Shown one piece after another: positions 14,214 through 26,602 of a stretch of 64,000 nucleotides of DNA. Origin of the DNA: Lytechinus pictus (Eukaryota); NCBI RefSeq assembly GCF_037042905.1, contig NC_087251.1:36954001-37018000 (forward strand), written 5' to 3'. The translations under genes and the position numbers were made by a program. Each line of letters begins with the position of its first letter. Positions within the stretch are counted from its first letter, which is position 1. A model generated the notes under the pieces. The model had not been told where the DNA came from, did not search any database, and worked only from the letters and a program-made list of their open reading frames with translations.

Positions 14214-15796
14214 TGAATTTTGGTCATTAGGCCTGGTTCATGCAGGGCCATGTACCATCTATTTAAAAAAAAATAAACTTCAAAATTCCAGGTTATTCAT
14301 TTCCAGCAAATCTGTTTTTTAGCTGTGGAAACACTGTACTAAATCTATGTTTTTGCAATTGTCTTACCATGGTTTCTGCATATTCCATTTCAATTTCCTT
14401 GTTTGTTATTCTTTGTAGACTCCATCCGAAGCAAAAAGTGAAATTGACAAACGGTATACTAATAAAAAGCCCTTTTATTAAACTACAAAACACAATGAAG
14501 TTTTATGCACTGTCGTCACTTGCCAGTTGAGTATTTTCTGAAGAAAAACTCAGATAAAGCAGGCTTTGAAAATAAGTCTAAACATAAGTTTCATTAACTT
14601 CTCACAGACCTGAATTCTGTCACATCAGACAATTTGAGCGGGGTTGGGATTACATGAGTCGGAATGTAGAAAATATTAAATACTTTCTTGGTTTCAAAAT
14701 AATGAATTTGAATCTTAAATGAACAAAAACTTACAACCCTTGAACTTTTGGTAATTTCTTTCTCTAGCTATGTTTTGGCTATGACTGCTGTGTCACAAAA
14801 CTATTACAGATAGAAAGCTATAACAAAAATTTGCAAAGAAAACATGGCAAAAAATATTGCCCAGCGATAAATATGTGAGTTATTTCCATGTAATAATGAT
14901 AATAATAACAAAATAAAAATAACGTAACCTGGAATTTGTTTTTTCACGTTTTAACGCATGTAATCCCAATACTATTTGTGAGAATAACATCAAAGAGTTC
15001 AATGGCCCAAGGCATTGGGGAATGAGTTGCAATCAAACACAACTCTCAAAATCAAACGCAACTTGATTATCAACCAATCAACAGCATGCACTTGAGACTT
15101 GCGATTGATATTCTGACTTGTGTCACAAGTGTCGCAACTCTTTCTTCACCGGTCCCAGGTCAGTGAAAAACACAATGACTAATTTTAAAGCCAGCTAATT
15201 TGAAAATTCATAAAAACATGATACTCATCTGGGAAACCAGGAAAATTGTGACATTTATCAATTACACTTTTTACTTCAGATGAGAACTTCAGCAATGAAG
15301 GTTGTTCTCCTGGTCTTGTGATCTCTATCTTGACTCGGAACACATCTGATCTTAATCTCTGAGGTTCTGTTCTTGATCTTGAGCTGCAAATCTTGATCTT
15401 CAAGACTTGATCTAGGGAAAAAGAAAAGGGGCAAAAGCATTAATTAGTAAACATACAAGCTGATTCACAAACCACGAGTCTCGCCTGATTTAGTGATCAA
15501 TAAAATACATGCAATATAATCTTTTGACCGCTAAATCACTATTGACCTTATCATCCTCAAGAACACACGTGTGGTATAACCAAACAATTTTTTTAACCCA
15601 GCATAAAGTTGCCATAAACACAATTGATGCAGATATAAAGTACAAGTAATGTGAGTAAGTTGAACAAAAACTTGAAAGAGTGTTGCCCGCCTTTAGACCC
15701 CTAGATGACCTTTGACACCATCATCCTCAACATATGCATGGTTTAGGGCTGTTGCTAGGTCAGACTAGGTTTGGTGAATAAATTTATAGATTATCA

Positions 15797-17300
15797 TTAA
15801 CCCGTTGAGCCCTACGGCCAAGATAACTTGCTAGGGGCATTTTCACGGTAACTAACATTACACGGCACAATTTTATACACATTTCATTGCATGCATCTCT
15901 AAAACAACAAATGATGGGAGTTTGCTTTTGATAGAGTTCATAAAGTGAACCTTGCTGTATACTCTGATACTAAGTTTTTCAATGCAACCACATTTGTTAC
16001 GCATCAGCAAGCAAAAATGTGTCGGTAACTTAAGTTACGCAATAAGGACATGCAATTTCAGGGTGTTCAGTAAAATTCATGTCCTTGAGTAGATAGAGTA
16101 ATAAGTTGGATGTAAATATACCTTTGTTACTAGGTTAAGATGTGTCAAAATATTAAATAATTTGTTATAGTCTTTTGGGGGCTATGTATGATAATTTTTC
16201 CACGACCATGCTGGTAACTGACGTTACACTTAAATTTGCCATAGAGATAACACATGGAACATTTCAATGAAAAAACTTTTTCTTTTTCTTAATTCCTTTT
16301 CTTTGATTTGAACATTTTATTACTTGTCGGCAATTGACATTACACATGTACCATTGCTATATGATTTTCAAATGCATAATTTTCTTGGTACTGATATGTA
16401 AGGCTTTTAAAATCATAAAAGTTTCATAATACTTCACATTTTAACTGATCAAAAGATAAGAAATGTATGTTTTACTTACTCAGGGGGGGGGGGGGGCATA
16501 GCAGCTACATGTATTCCTATGCATACTTTACACATGGATTTTTTTCTTTTATATTTACTTTTTAAACCTTTTCCTTCTGCAACCCCCCCCCCCCCGAAGA
16601 AAAAGAAAAAATGGCAAATTTAATTTTAGTAAGGGTCTCCTCCCCTACCCCTCCCCTGAATCTCATGCAACCATGCAGTTTTATTGATTTTTAATTCTGG
16701 TCAGTACAAGCAATGCTTGTTCATATCTGTCGGATTTCAATTGTCTACATAATTTGTTTAATCATTCTCATTGGTAATTTCCTTTTTTAAGCCGTCAACA
16801 GAAAATAAACTACAGGTTCTAAACTGAAAGTGTGAACTATTTGTAAATTAGAAAAAAGACAAAGTTTTAGTAGATCCATGCTAGGCCCGTTTTGAAAGTC
16901 CATTTTTGATGCACATGTACATGGTGTGTTTTTCGTTCATGTACACGTTGTAAACACTGCGAGCGTCTTATGTTTTCAGTGTTTCCGACATTTCGACACG
17001 GACCCGCATCAACATGTCAATATAATATAAAAAGGGGTCTCTATATAGCCTAAGTCGCGGTTTTAAAGCTTACCTGAGAAGTTAGAAGTATCAATCCACA
17101 AAAATTGGTGCAATTAAAAAGTTTACTCAGCTTAGCAGCGCATTGAATTAATAAAGAATGCAAAAGAAAATGAGTGCAGGGCCCTAGCTAGCGCCAACGT
17201 TCGTTGGATGCGCATTTTGCATACTGTATGTACCGTACATGCATGCACAGATCGCTGCAGAATTAAGTGTAACTGAAGTTATCGATTGATTTTCATTATT
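15797..17300. mobile_element. Possible piggyBac-like non-autonomous relic
   Basis: Begins TTAA-CCCGTTGAG. Four dispersed GGTAACTNANRTTACRC-type motifs plus an inverted copy at about 17267-17284. Right terminus not identified. Confidence 0.35.
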
Positions 17301-18092
17301 TTATTGCCAATTTGAGGAGCGTTCCTTCGTAGGCTTGTGGCACATGTGTACGAGCGTATCAACACGTAACTGCAGCAATGATCGCTGTCGCAATTGGTGA
17401 TTCTCAAATTGGCTCTGAGTGTGATTGAACAACGCTTTCGAGCTAGCTTTCGAGACCGGAGCAGACCCATTTCGTGGTACAAAAACTTGAGTCTCCATAA
17501 TGAATGTGGATTAAATCAGCGATTTTGGAAGTAAACTCTAGGTTAATTGAAATATATTGACATATTAGTGATTAAAACATGTACAGTGTCTGAGAACTAA
17601 GAATTAAGGTGAGGCTGTGAGCATGTTCACTGACTTTACACTCCCATGCAAGCTTTATGCAGAAAATGATGCTACCGTGTACACGATGATGGAATTTAGT
17701 ACACGTGCACTGACTTGACCGTGCGTGTACACGTGTACCCGAAACGGGCCTAATCCATGCAACATTGATCAAATCTGTCAAATTTCACTTTTCATCTATA
17801 CTTGTATTAAACCAAATACAAAAATTGTATCACACCTCCAGAGCTACAAACCAGTACATTTTTGGCGTATTTAGTACGTTTGTGCAGCCAAAATACGACA
17901 GTACGTTTTTTCTTTTAAAAATACGCTTTTGTATTTAAAAAAAAAAATATATATATTTTTTCTATTTGTCTCAACGTGATATAAATCACAGTATGGCATA
18001 ATCATTCATCTAAATACAGCAAGTAGGCGTACAAGGCAAAATAATGAAAAAATGAAATGTATGACATTTTTTTATACACACCAATAACAGTA

Positions 18093-18376
18093 AGGGTTTA
18101 TGTTCAATTGGCCTAATGCCAGTTTGTCCACTATCCATATGGTCTAATTGCCATTTAGTCCACTCACCATTCCATCTAATAACCAGTTGGCCCAATAGCC
18201 ATTTAGTCCATGTACCATTTGGTGTAATTGGACTAAAAAATGAATATTAGACCAACTGGTTATGAGACGAAATGGCCATAAACAAACTGGTGATTAGACA
18301 AAGTAATTATTAGACCAAATGGTTATTGGACCAAATGGTTGTTAGACAAAATGTTGGACAGAATGGCATTAGACTA
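18093..18376. mobile_element. Foldback-like MITE fragment with short inverted tandem repeats, abutting the 1-kb array
   Basis: CCATTTAGTCCA/GGTCTAAT-type repeats followed by inverted TAGACCAAATGG repeats. Confidence 0.6.
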
Positions 18377-21300
18377 GATATGAAATTACTTTAAAAACAA
18401 GGTTAGGTGTTCTTACAGTATCCAGAAAATCTATTTAAAATTCAGTACTACACCTTGATATGGTGATGAGCATGGAGCATTACACATTTTGGACTATTGA
18501 ATGTTGTTGACAAGGCTCATACCTACATGGAGTAATATACTTTGTACCTCATATGAGACCAATGTCAACAAAGTGGGTGTATACCTAGTGCCAACTTAGT
18601 TACCTAAAACTTCCTTGTTGTTGTTCCTGGGCTGAGTAGATAATCATGGTCATGGTTGATGACATCACAGTGCTTTCTTCCTGCTATTGATTGCGCTAAT
18701 TCCAGTCCTGTGATGTTCTGTCAATTTCATCAAAACTCAGAGACAATCTCCTGTTCGGGAGAGAGACAAATTGGTGCCAAATAAAAATGTGATAAGCAGA
18801 TACCTTATGAAAAAAATACCATGTTCATCTCTCTACATGTACTTAAAATATTCATAATATACTTTTGTTTTCAGAACATCTTTTGTTATCATCTATACAC
18901 AAAAAGAAATTGGATTTTGACCTGTGCCACTGTGGGACAAAATATTAGATGGAAAAATTTTGTTTCTTTTACGCTTTTGCAAATCAAGTCTTATATTTGG
19001 AGACTGCCTCCCATATTATCAGAGATTTTCAGATACTGGCTGTGCACTTCTACTCATTGTTGATGTATGAGTGGGATATCACACACCTTGTTCACCTTGC
19101 CAAAGGGAGGATCCTCATAGCATCAACATTCTTGGCATTCAAATGATCATAATGATATACATCCAACTTTCTTCAAGCTACTTGTCCAAACTTTATCCTT
19201 TGATTAAAATTCTATTTCACACTAGTAAGCTCACTTCACAATTTTTCACGTTGTTCAAATTCCACAGGTAGAGTTGCCAGATAATCATTTTTAATAAAAA
19301 ATTTATTCCCTAAAATAAGAAAATTCATATCAGGCAATATTGTCCCAAGTCCATGTTTAATTCTTTCCTGATTCAAATGAATTTACTTGATCTACTTTAG
19401 ATATGAAATGACTACACCCATCAAGCAAGGTTAGGTGTTCTTACAGTATCCTGAAAATCTACTTAAAATTCAGTACTACACCTTGATATGGTGGCATATA
19501 TGGAGCATTACAAATTTTGGACTATTTGAATGTTATTGACAAAGCTTGTACCTACATGGAGTAATATACTTTGTACCTCATATGAGACAAATGTCAACAA
19601 AATGGGTGTATACCTAGTGCCAACTTACCTACAACTTCCTTGTTGTTGTTCCTGGGCTGAGTAGATAATCATGGTCATGGTTGATGACATCACAGTGCTT
19701 TCTTCCTGCTATCGATTGCGCCGATAAATCCGACAGTCCAGTGATGTTCTCTCAATTTCATCAAAACTCAGAGACAATCTCCTGTTTGGGAGAGACAAAT
19801 TGGTGCCAAATAAAAATGTGATAATCAGATTCCATATGAAAAAAAATACCCTGTTCATCTCTCTACATGTATTTAAGATATTCATAATCTACTTTTGTTT
19901 TCATAACACCTTTTGTTATCATCCATACACAAAAAGAAATTGGATTTTGACCTGTGGGACAAAATATTAGATGGAAAAATTTTGTTTCTTTTACGCTTTT
20001 GCAAATCAAGTCTTATATTTGGAGACTGCCTCCCATATTATCAGAGATTTACAGATACTGGCTGTGCACTTCTACTGATTGTTGGTGTACGAGTGGGAAA
20101 TCACACACCTTGGTCACCTTGCCAAAGGAAGGATCTTCATAGCATCAACATTTTTGGCATTCAAATGATCACATTGACATACATCCAACTTTCTTAAAGT
20201 TACTTGTCCAAACTTTATCCTTTGATTAAAATTCTTTTTCACACAAAGCTAACTTCACAATTTCTCAAGTTGTTCAAATTCCACGGGTAGAGTTGCCAGA
20301 TAATCATTTTTAATAAAAAATTTATTTCCTAAAATAAGAAAATTCATATCAGGCAATATTGTCCCAAGACCATGTGTAATTCTTTCCTGATTCAAATGAA
20401 TTTACTTGATCTACTTTAGATATGAAATGACTACACCCATCAAGCAAGGTTAGGTGTTCTTACAGTATCAAGAAAATCTAGTTAAAATTCAGTGCTACAC
20501 CTTGATATGGTGGCATATATGGAGCATTACAAATTTTGGACTATTGAATGTTATTGAAAGGCTCATACCTACATAGAGTAATATACTTTGTACCTCATAT
20601 GTGACCAATGTCATCAAAGTGGGTGTATACCTAGTGCCAACTTAGTTACCTAAAACTTCCTTGTTGTTGTTCCTGGGCCAAGTAGATAATCATGGTCATG
20701 GTTGATGACATCAGTGTTTCTTCCTGCTATCGATTGTGCCGATTAATCCGACAGTCCTGTGATGTTCTGTCAATTTCATCAAAACTCAGAAACAATCTCC
20801 TGTTTGGGGAAGAGACAAATTTTTGCCAAATAAAAATGTGATAAGCAGATTCCATATGAAAAAATACCCCGTTCATCTTCTACTTAAAATATACTGTTTT
20901 TATCAATATAAACAAAACCAAATGGGCTTACTGTTGATGTAGTTTCTATTCAATTTTTGCAAAACAAGTTTCAGATTAGGAGACCATCTCCCATATTCAT
21001 CAGAGAGTCTCCAATACTGACTGTGCACCTATACTCATTGTTGATGTATGAGTAGGAAATCACACCTGAGGATCTTCATAGCATCAACATTCTTGGTATT
21101 CAAATGATCATATTGACATACATCCAACTTTCTTAAAATTACTTGTCCAAACTTAATCCTTTGATTAAATTTTGTTTTCACACTGTAAGCTAATTTTACA
21201 ATTTTTCAAGTTGTTCAAATTCCACGGTTGCCAGATAATCATTTTCAAAACAAATTTTATTCCCTAAAAACAGAAAATTCATATCAGGCAATATTGTCCC

Positions 21301-22503
21301 AAGTCCCTGTTTAATTCTTTCCTGATTCAAATGAATTTACGTGATCTACTTTAGATATGAAATGACTAAACCCATCAAGCAAGGTTAGGTGTTCTAAAAT
21401 GATCCAGAAAATCTAGTTATAGTTCAGTGATATACCTTGAAATGGTGGCATACATGGTGATTGACAAATTTTGGACTATTTGAATGTTATTGACAAAGCT
21501 TGTACCTACATGGAGTAATATATTTTATACCTCATATGAGACAAATGTCAACAAAATGGGTGTATACCTAGTGCCAACTTACCTACAACTTCCTTGTTGT
21601 TGTTCCCGAGTTGAGTAGATAATCATGGTGATAGTTGATGACCTCACGTTGTTCTTCCTGCTATTGACTGCGCAAATAAATTCCAGTCCTGTGATATCCT
21701 CTCAATTTCATCCTGTTTGGGAGAGAGATAAATTGGTGCCAAAAAATTGTGATAAGCAGATTCCTTATTAAAAATTACCCCTTTCCTCCATGTACTTAAA
21801 ATATTCATAATCTACTTTTGTTTACATAACATCTTTTGTTATCATCTATAATACTCTATACACAAAAACAAATTGGATTTTGACCTGTGTGACAAAATAT
21901 TAGATGGAAAATTTTGGTTTCTTTTATGCTTTTGCAAATCAAGTATTATATTTGGAGGCTGTCTCCCATATTATCAGCGATTTCAGATACTGTCTATGCA
22001 CCTCTTCTCATCGATGATGTATGAGTGGGATATCACACACCTTCATAGCATCAACATTCTTGGCATTCATATGATCATATTGACATACACATCCAACTCT
22101 CTTGAAGTTGCTTGTCAAAATTTTCTCAAACTTTATCCTTTTTTCTGCTGCACACTAGCTAACTAAATAAGTTATCAGGTTGTTCAAATTCCACAGGTAG
22201 AGTTGCCAGAGTAATATTTTTTATTTTCTAAAATCAGACAATTCATATCAGACAACTTTGTTCCATGTCCCTGTGTAATTTTTTTTCCTGATTCATATGA
22301 ATTTACATCTACTGTGGATATTAACTGACTAAACATATAAAAGAAGGTTTTAATAGTATTCTAATAGTATCCAGAAAATCTAGTACAAATTCAGCATTAC
22401 ACCTTGAAATGGGGCGTACATGGAGCCTGACAATTTTTTTACTAGGTTGAATGTTGTTAACAAGTCTTGTCCTGACATTGAGTAATATACTTTGTATCTC
22501 ACA
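18375..22503. repeat. Tandem array of ~0.94-1.02-kb units (about 4.2 copies)
   Basis: The unit start TAGATATGAAAT..CAAGGTTAGGTGTTC recurs at about 18375, 19398, 20417 and 21352, with a diverged partial copy at about 22315. Confidence 0.95.
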
Positions 22504-24262
22504 ATGTTACGCCGCACAAGTCACCCAGTGAAAATTTCTGTTGAGATATGATGGACATATACTGGCTTTGTTGAGTTGAACTTGATTGGAAAATTACTTC
22601 ATTTTTGCATCGAAAACTCAATGAATTCAAACAGCTTGTTTCCAGATATCTCATGAAGATATGAACATATTTGTATTTGCATTAGAAATATGACAATCAT
22701 TTGACAAAGGGGTCTACCCCGATCCTTAAAATTATTCTGCATTTGTGACAATATTGTCAAAAACATTAGAAAATCTTGTCACCTTCTAATCAAGGATCAT
22801 GAAATTGCACACATCTACAAACAAATTAGTAAATGTGATTCCAACCCTTTTTTGACAAAATATCTGTCTCGTTCGTTCTCCTTCTTTCAAAATTGAAAAC
22901 AAATGGCCGATCGATACCGCGCGACGAACGCGACATGGAGATCTAACTTTTCCTTTTTTGAGGGTCCAGTTGGTGCCTGTATGTCAAGATTCTGTGTCAC
23001 GATAGACCTTCATCCATATAATTTATTTTTCCCCCTTTTATTTGGAGTGCTAAATTGCGACCCCGTTCTACCCCATTTTGGAGAGTACCCGATGTCTGCT
23101 TAGTATTACACAGAAGAGTCCTGGGTTAGACTTGGTCTTGCTTCACTACACCTCATCAATAGACTCAAATTTTTCATCCACTCTGTACCGGGTGCCTATG
23201 GCTATGCCCCAAAATTAATTAAGCCAAACTGTATTAATTTTCAAAATAAAATAAAATTTTTAATAAAATAAAGTCAAAGAGGTGTCTAGGTCTTTGTATA
23301 ATTTTTTTTTTATTTCTTACCCTGAAAAAGACCTGAATCTGCTGTTTTGGTCTAAAAAAAAGAGAGAATTATTCTTCTTCCATTGAGTAGTCCTCTTTGT
23401 AGAGTATAGTCTTGAGATATTATCATTGACTTATTGCATTTTTAGGTGCATGATTCATGAATAGACCACAGTTCAACTGGAGTAAATCTAGTCTAAGTAC
23501 CTGTTTTCATTTTATTTAAGTTAATGTAGGTCTAGGTCTATATTTTTGCCAGCATAATATTTGAACAATTAAAATCATCTTGGGCCTGGCACAATAGTTT
23601 GTAGTAGTCTAACGTTAGCTTGTATAAAAATTACAAATCCCTGTGGCCATGGATTGGGGGGGGGGGATAAAAAATACATGGCCCTGCTGGGGACTAGTAC
23701 TAATACTATTACTCGGTCCTCACACTAACTGCGTGCATGATGGCTAGCTGTCTCTGACTCTGTCTTAGACAGCTGGGAGCCGTCTGCTTCGAGGAGTTTT
23801 TTAACATTTTTTTAAATTTCTCCACGTACGTACACAGCCACCATTAGGGGGTTAAAAATGCAAAATACCCCAGACAGGGCTCATCGATTTTTGTCTTTAT
23901 TTCATAAAAATGTATGAAACGAACTGGACCAAAATAAAGAATATTGGCCTGAAATGCACCAAAAAGGGGAAAAATAAACTTAAAAGGACAAAAAAAAATC
24001 AGTGACTTTCTTCGGCTGTTGCACAACTTCACTTCCCTGGTTTATCCGAACTTGATACATAAACATATGGCCATTGAGTCCCTGTACAGATCGAATTAGA
24101 TCTTCGATCTCTGTATTGTAATTGGTGAGTGGAGCGAACAGAGTTCAGTGGAACAACCAATAAAACAGAGTCCGAAGCTTTTGGTCTAACTCTGTCTGTG
24201 ACTGTCTGACTGTGTAGGAGGAAAAGTCTATGTCAAAAAAGTTGACAAAACGGCTCGGTTTT

Positions 24263-24480
24263 AAAAATGGCAAAGGTAAAAATGGCAAAGGTAAAAATGA
24301 CGAAGGTATAAATGACAGCAGTAAAAATGGCAGAGGTAAAAATGGCAAAGGTAAAAATGGCAGAGGTAAAAATGGCAGAGGTAAAAATGGCAAAGGTAAA
24401 AATGGCAAAGGTAAAAATGACGAAGGTATAAATGACAGCAGTAATAATGGCAGAGGTAAAAATGACAGAGGTATAAATGG
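24263..24480 (+). repeat. Left arm 15-bp tandem array with a 120-bp (8-unit) higher-order period
   Basis: The variant pair AAAAATGACGAAGGT-ATAAATGACAGCAGT recurs exactly 120 bp apart. Confidence 0.95.
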
Positions 24481-25110
24481 TCAGTCTTAAACCCCAATGC
24501 CAAAAAATTCAAAAAGCCCCTCCATGCAATCAGTAGATTAAATACGGTTCTGAGAAGAAAATTGGAATTATGTTTGACTAATGGAAAGGGTAACATTTTT
24601 AAATGATATTGTAGGTCTTCTGCACCAAATTGGTAACACTTGAGTTGGTATTTCTTATTGTTTCCTGGACTTACATGCACGGCCTTCTCAATTCAAATTT
24701 GAAGCACACTTTGGATCCCAAGTGTTATACTTAATTCAGTAGGGGAAATTCACACTGATATAAAGTTTATTGGAGAAATAGCAGCAAATAATTAAAATGA
24801 TATTGGTGGGGGTTTTAGGGAATCCATCAAAGATTTAAAAAGCTATTAGAATTTTACATTTTAACGGTGACGTCATTTGCGAGCAGTTTTTCCCACATAC
24901 CGTAAGGGCGCTAGTATACACCCAACCCAAAAAGTACCTCGCTGAGGTCAATGACCCATTCTTGACCGGCCTAGTTCCGTAACGCGTACTCTAAATTTGA
25001 TGCGCATCGGCACACTTATGCCTGTAGCATAGTTCTGTACGCACACCGCATTGCACATCGTACATACGAATAATTGAATAGAAGAAATCGAGTGAAATCT
25101 TACCTTTCAG

Positions 25111-25145
25111 ATACACTTTGCGACGAAGTTGGTGTTTCCAGATTG
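25111..25145 (+). other. Probable 5' UTR exon of the transposase gene
   Basis: Preceded by CCTTTCAG and followed by a GTGAGT donor at 25146. A matching acceptor, TTTCTCCCTTAG, ends at 26599, 3 nt before the ATG. Lies in a CpG-enriched stretch. Confidence 0.5.
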
Positions 25146-25534
25146 GTGAGTAACTTATAAATATTCAATTTTTATGTAATTTTTTAGTCCAAAATATGTT
25201 AAAACGCTTAGTCTCGCCCATCAGGGGGAGCACGGGTTCTGTAGGTCTAGACTAGTCGCCTTTCTTATCGATAATGGCCGTTTCGTTGTTGTTAGCACTG
25301 ATCGAAAGTGAACGTACACGGCGAGATGGCGCTCCTCTAGTATCCGCCCAGCGTATGATTTAGCTTTGCTTTTGGCAAAGGGCCAATGGCAATGCAGGAT
25401 ATATGTATATTCTAGATCTATTAATTGATTGATTTGGAAAATGTACTTGTACTACAGTCAGCTTTAGTTTCACCGGTGATTACTCCATGATGAAAATAAA
25501 GGAGATTATGAGATATGTTAAGAATATAAAAGTG

Positions 25535-26575
25535 ACTTGATGATGGATGATTATGATGGTGATTAACTGACTATGGATAATAATGATGATGATGATGATG
25601 ATGATGGGGATGATGATAGGTGATGATAATAATTTCATGTGAATATGTGATGATGACAATGATGACGATGATGGTGGTGGATAATGATGATAATTTGGCG
25701 ATGATGATGATGGATAATGAAGTGATGGATAATGATGATGATGATGTTGATGATGATGATAATAATAATTTCATGATGTGATAATAATGATGATGATGAT
25801 AGAAGATGATGAATGATGGTGGTGGTGGATAATGATGATAATAATTTGGTGATGATAATTTGGTGATGATGATGATGATGACGAATTGACGATGATGGTG
25901 ATGGATGATGATGATGTTGATGATGATGATAATAATAATTTCATGATGTGATAATAATGATGATGATGATAGAAGATGATGAATGATGGTGGTGGTGGAT
26001 AATGATGATAATAATTTGGTGATGATGATGATGATGACGAATTGACGATGATGGTGATGGATGATGATGATGTTGATGATGATGATAATAATAATTTCAT
26101 GATGTGATAATAATGATGATGATGATAGAAGATGATGAATGATGGTGGTGGTGGATAATGATGATAATAATTTGGTGATGATAATTTGGTGATGATGATG
26201 ATGATGACGAATTGACGATGATGGTGATGGATGATGATGATGTTGATGATGATGATAATAATAATTTCATGATGTGATAATAATGATGATGATGATAGAA
26301 GATGATGAATGATGGTGGTGGATAATGATGATAATAATTTGGTGATGATGATGATGATGACGAATTGACGATGATGGTGAATGATGATGATGATGACGAT
26401 GATGATGATGATAGAAGATGATAAATGATGGTGGTGGTGGATAATGATGATACTAATTTGGTGATGATGATGGATAATGATAATAATTTCATGATAATAA
26501 TAATTTGGTGATGTGATAATAATGATGATGATGATGGTGGAAAATGATATTGGTGGATAATGATGACTTGATGAT
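25535..26575 (+). repeat. Degenerate (GAT)n satellite with a ~160-175-bp higher-order repeat, in the putative 5' UTR intron of the transposase
   Basis: GAT/AAT/GGT triplets. Landmarks such as TTTCATGATGTG and GACGAATTGACG recur periodically. Confidence 0.95.
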
Positions 26576-26602
26576 GAACAAATTCTATTTCTCCCTTAGA
26601 TC

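Noticed and set aside
24263..24480. CRISPR-like or regularly spaced array
   Set aside because: Units are contiguous with no unique spacers, the context is eukaryotic, and there are no cas genes.
24145..24680. ORFs with PFLPL, GKNGK or LCHFY repeats
   Set aside because: They are translations of the 15-bp transposon arm in different frames.
25571..26492. His/Ser/Ile-rich ORFs
   Set aside because: Artefacts of the (GAT)n satellite.
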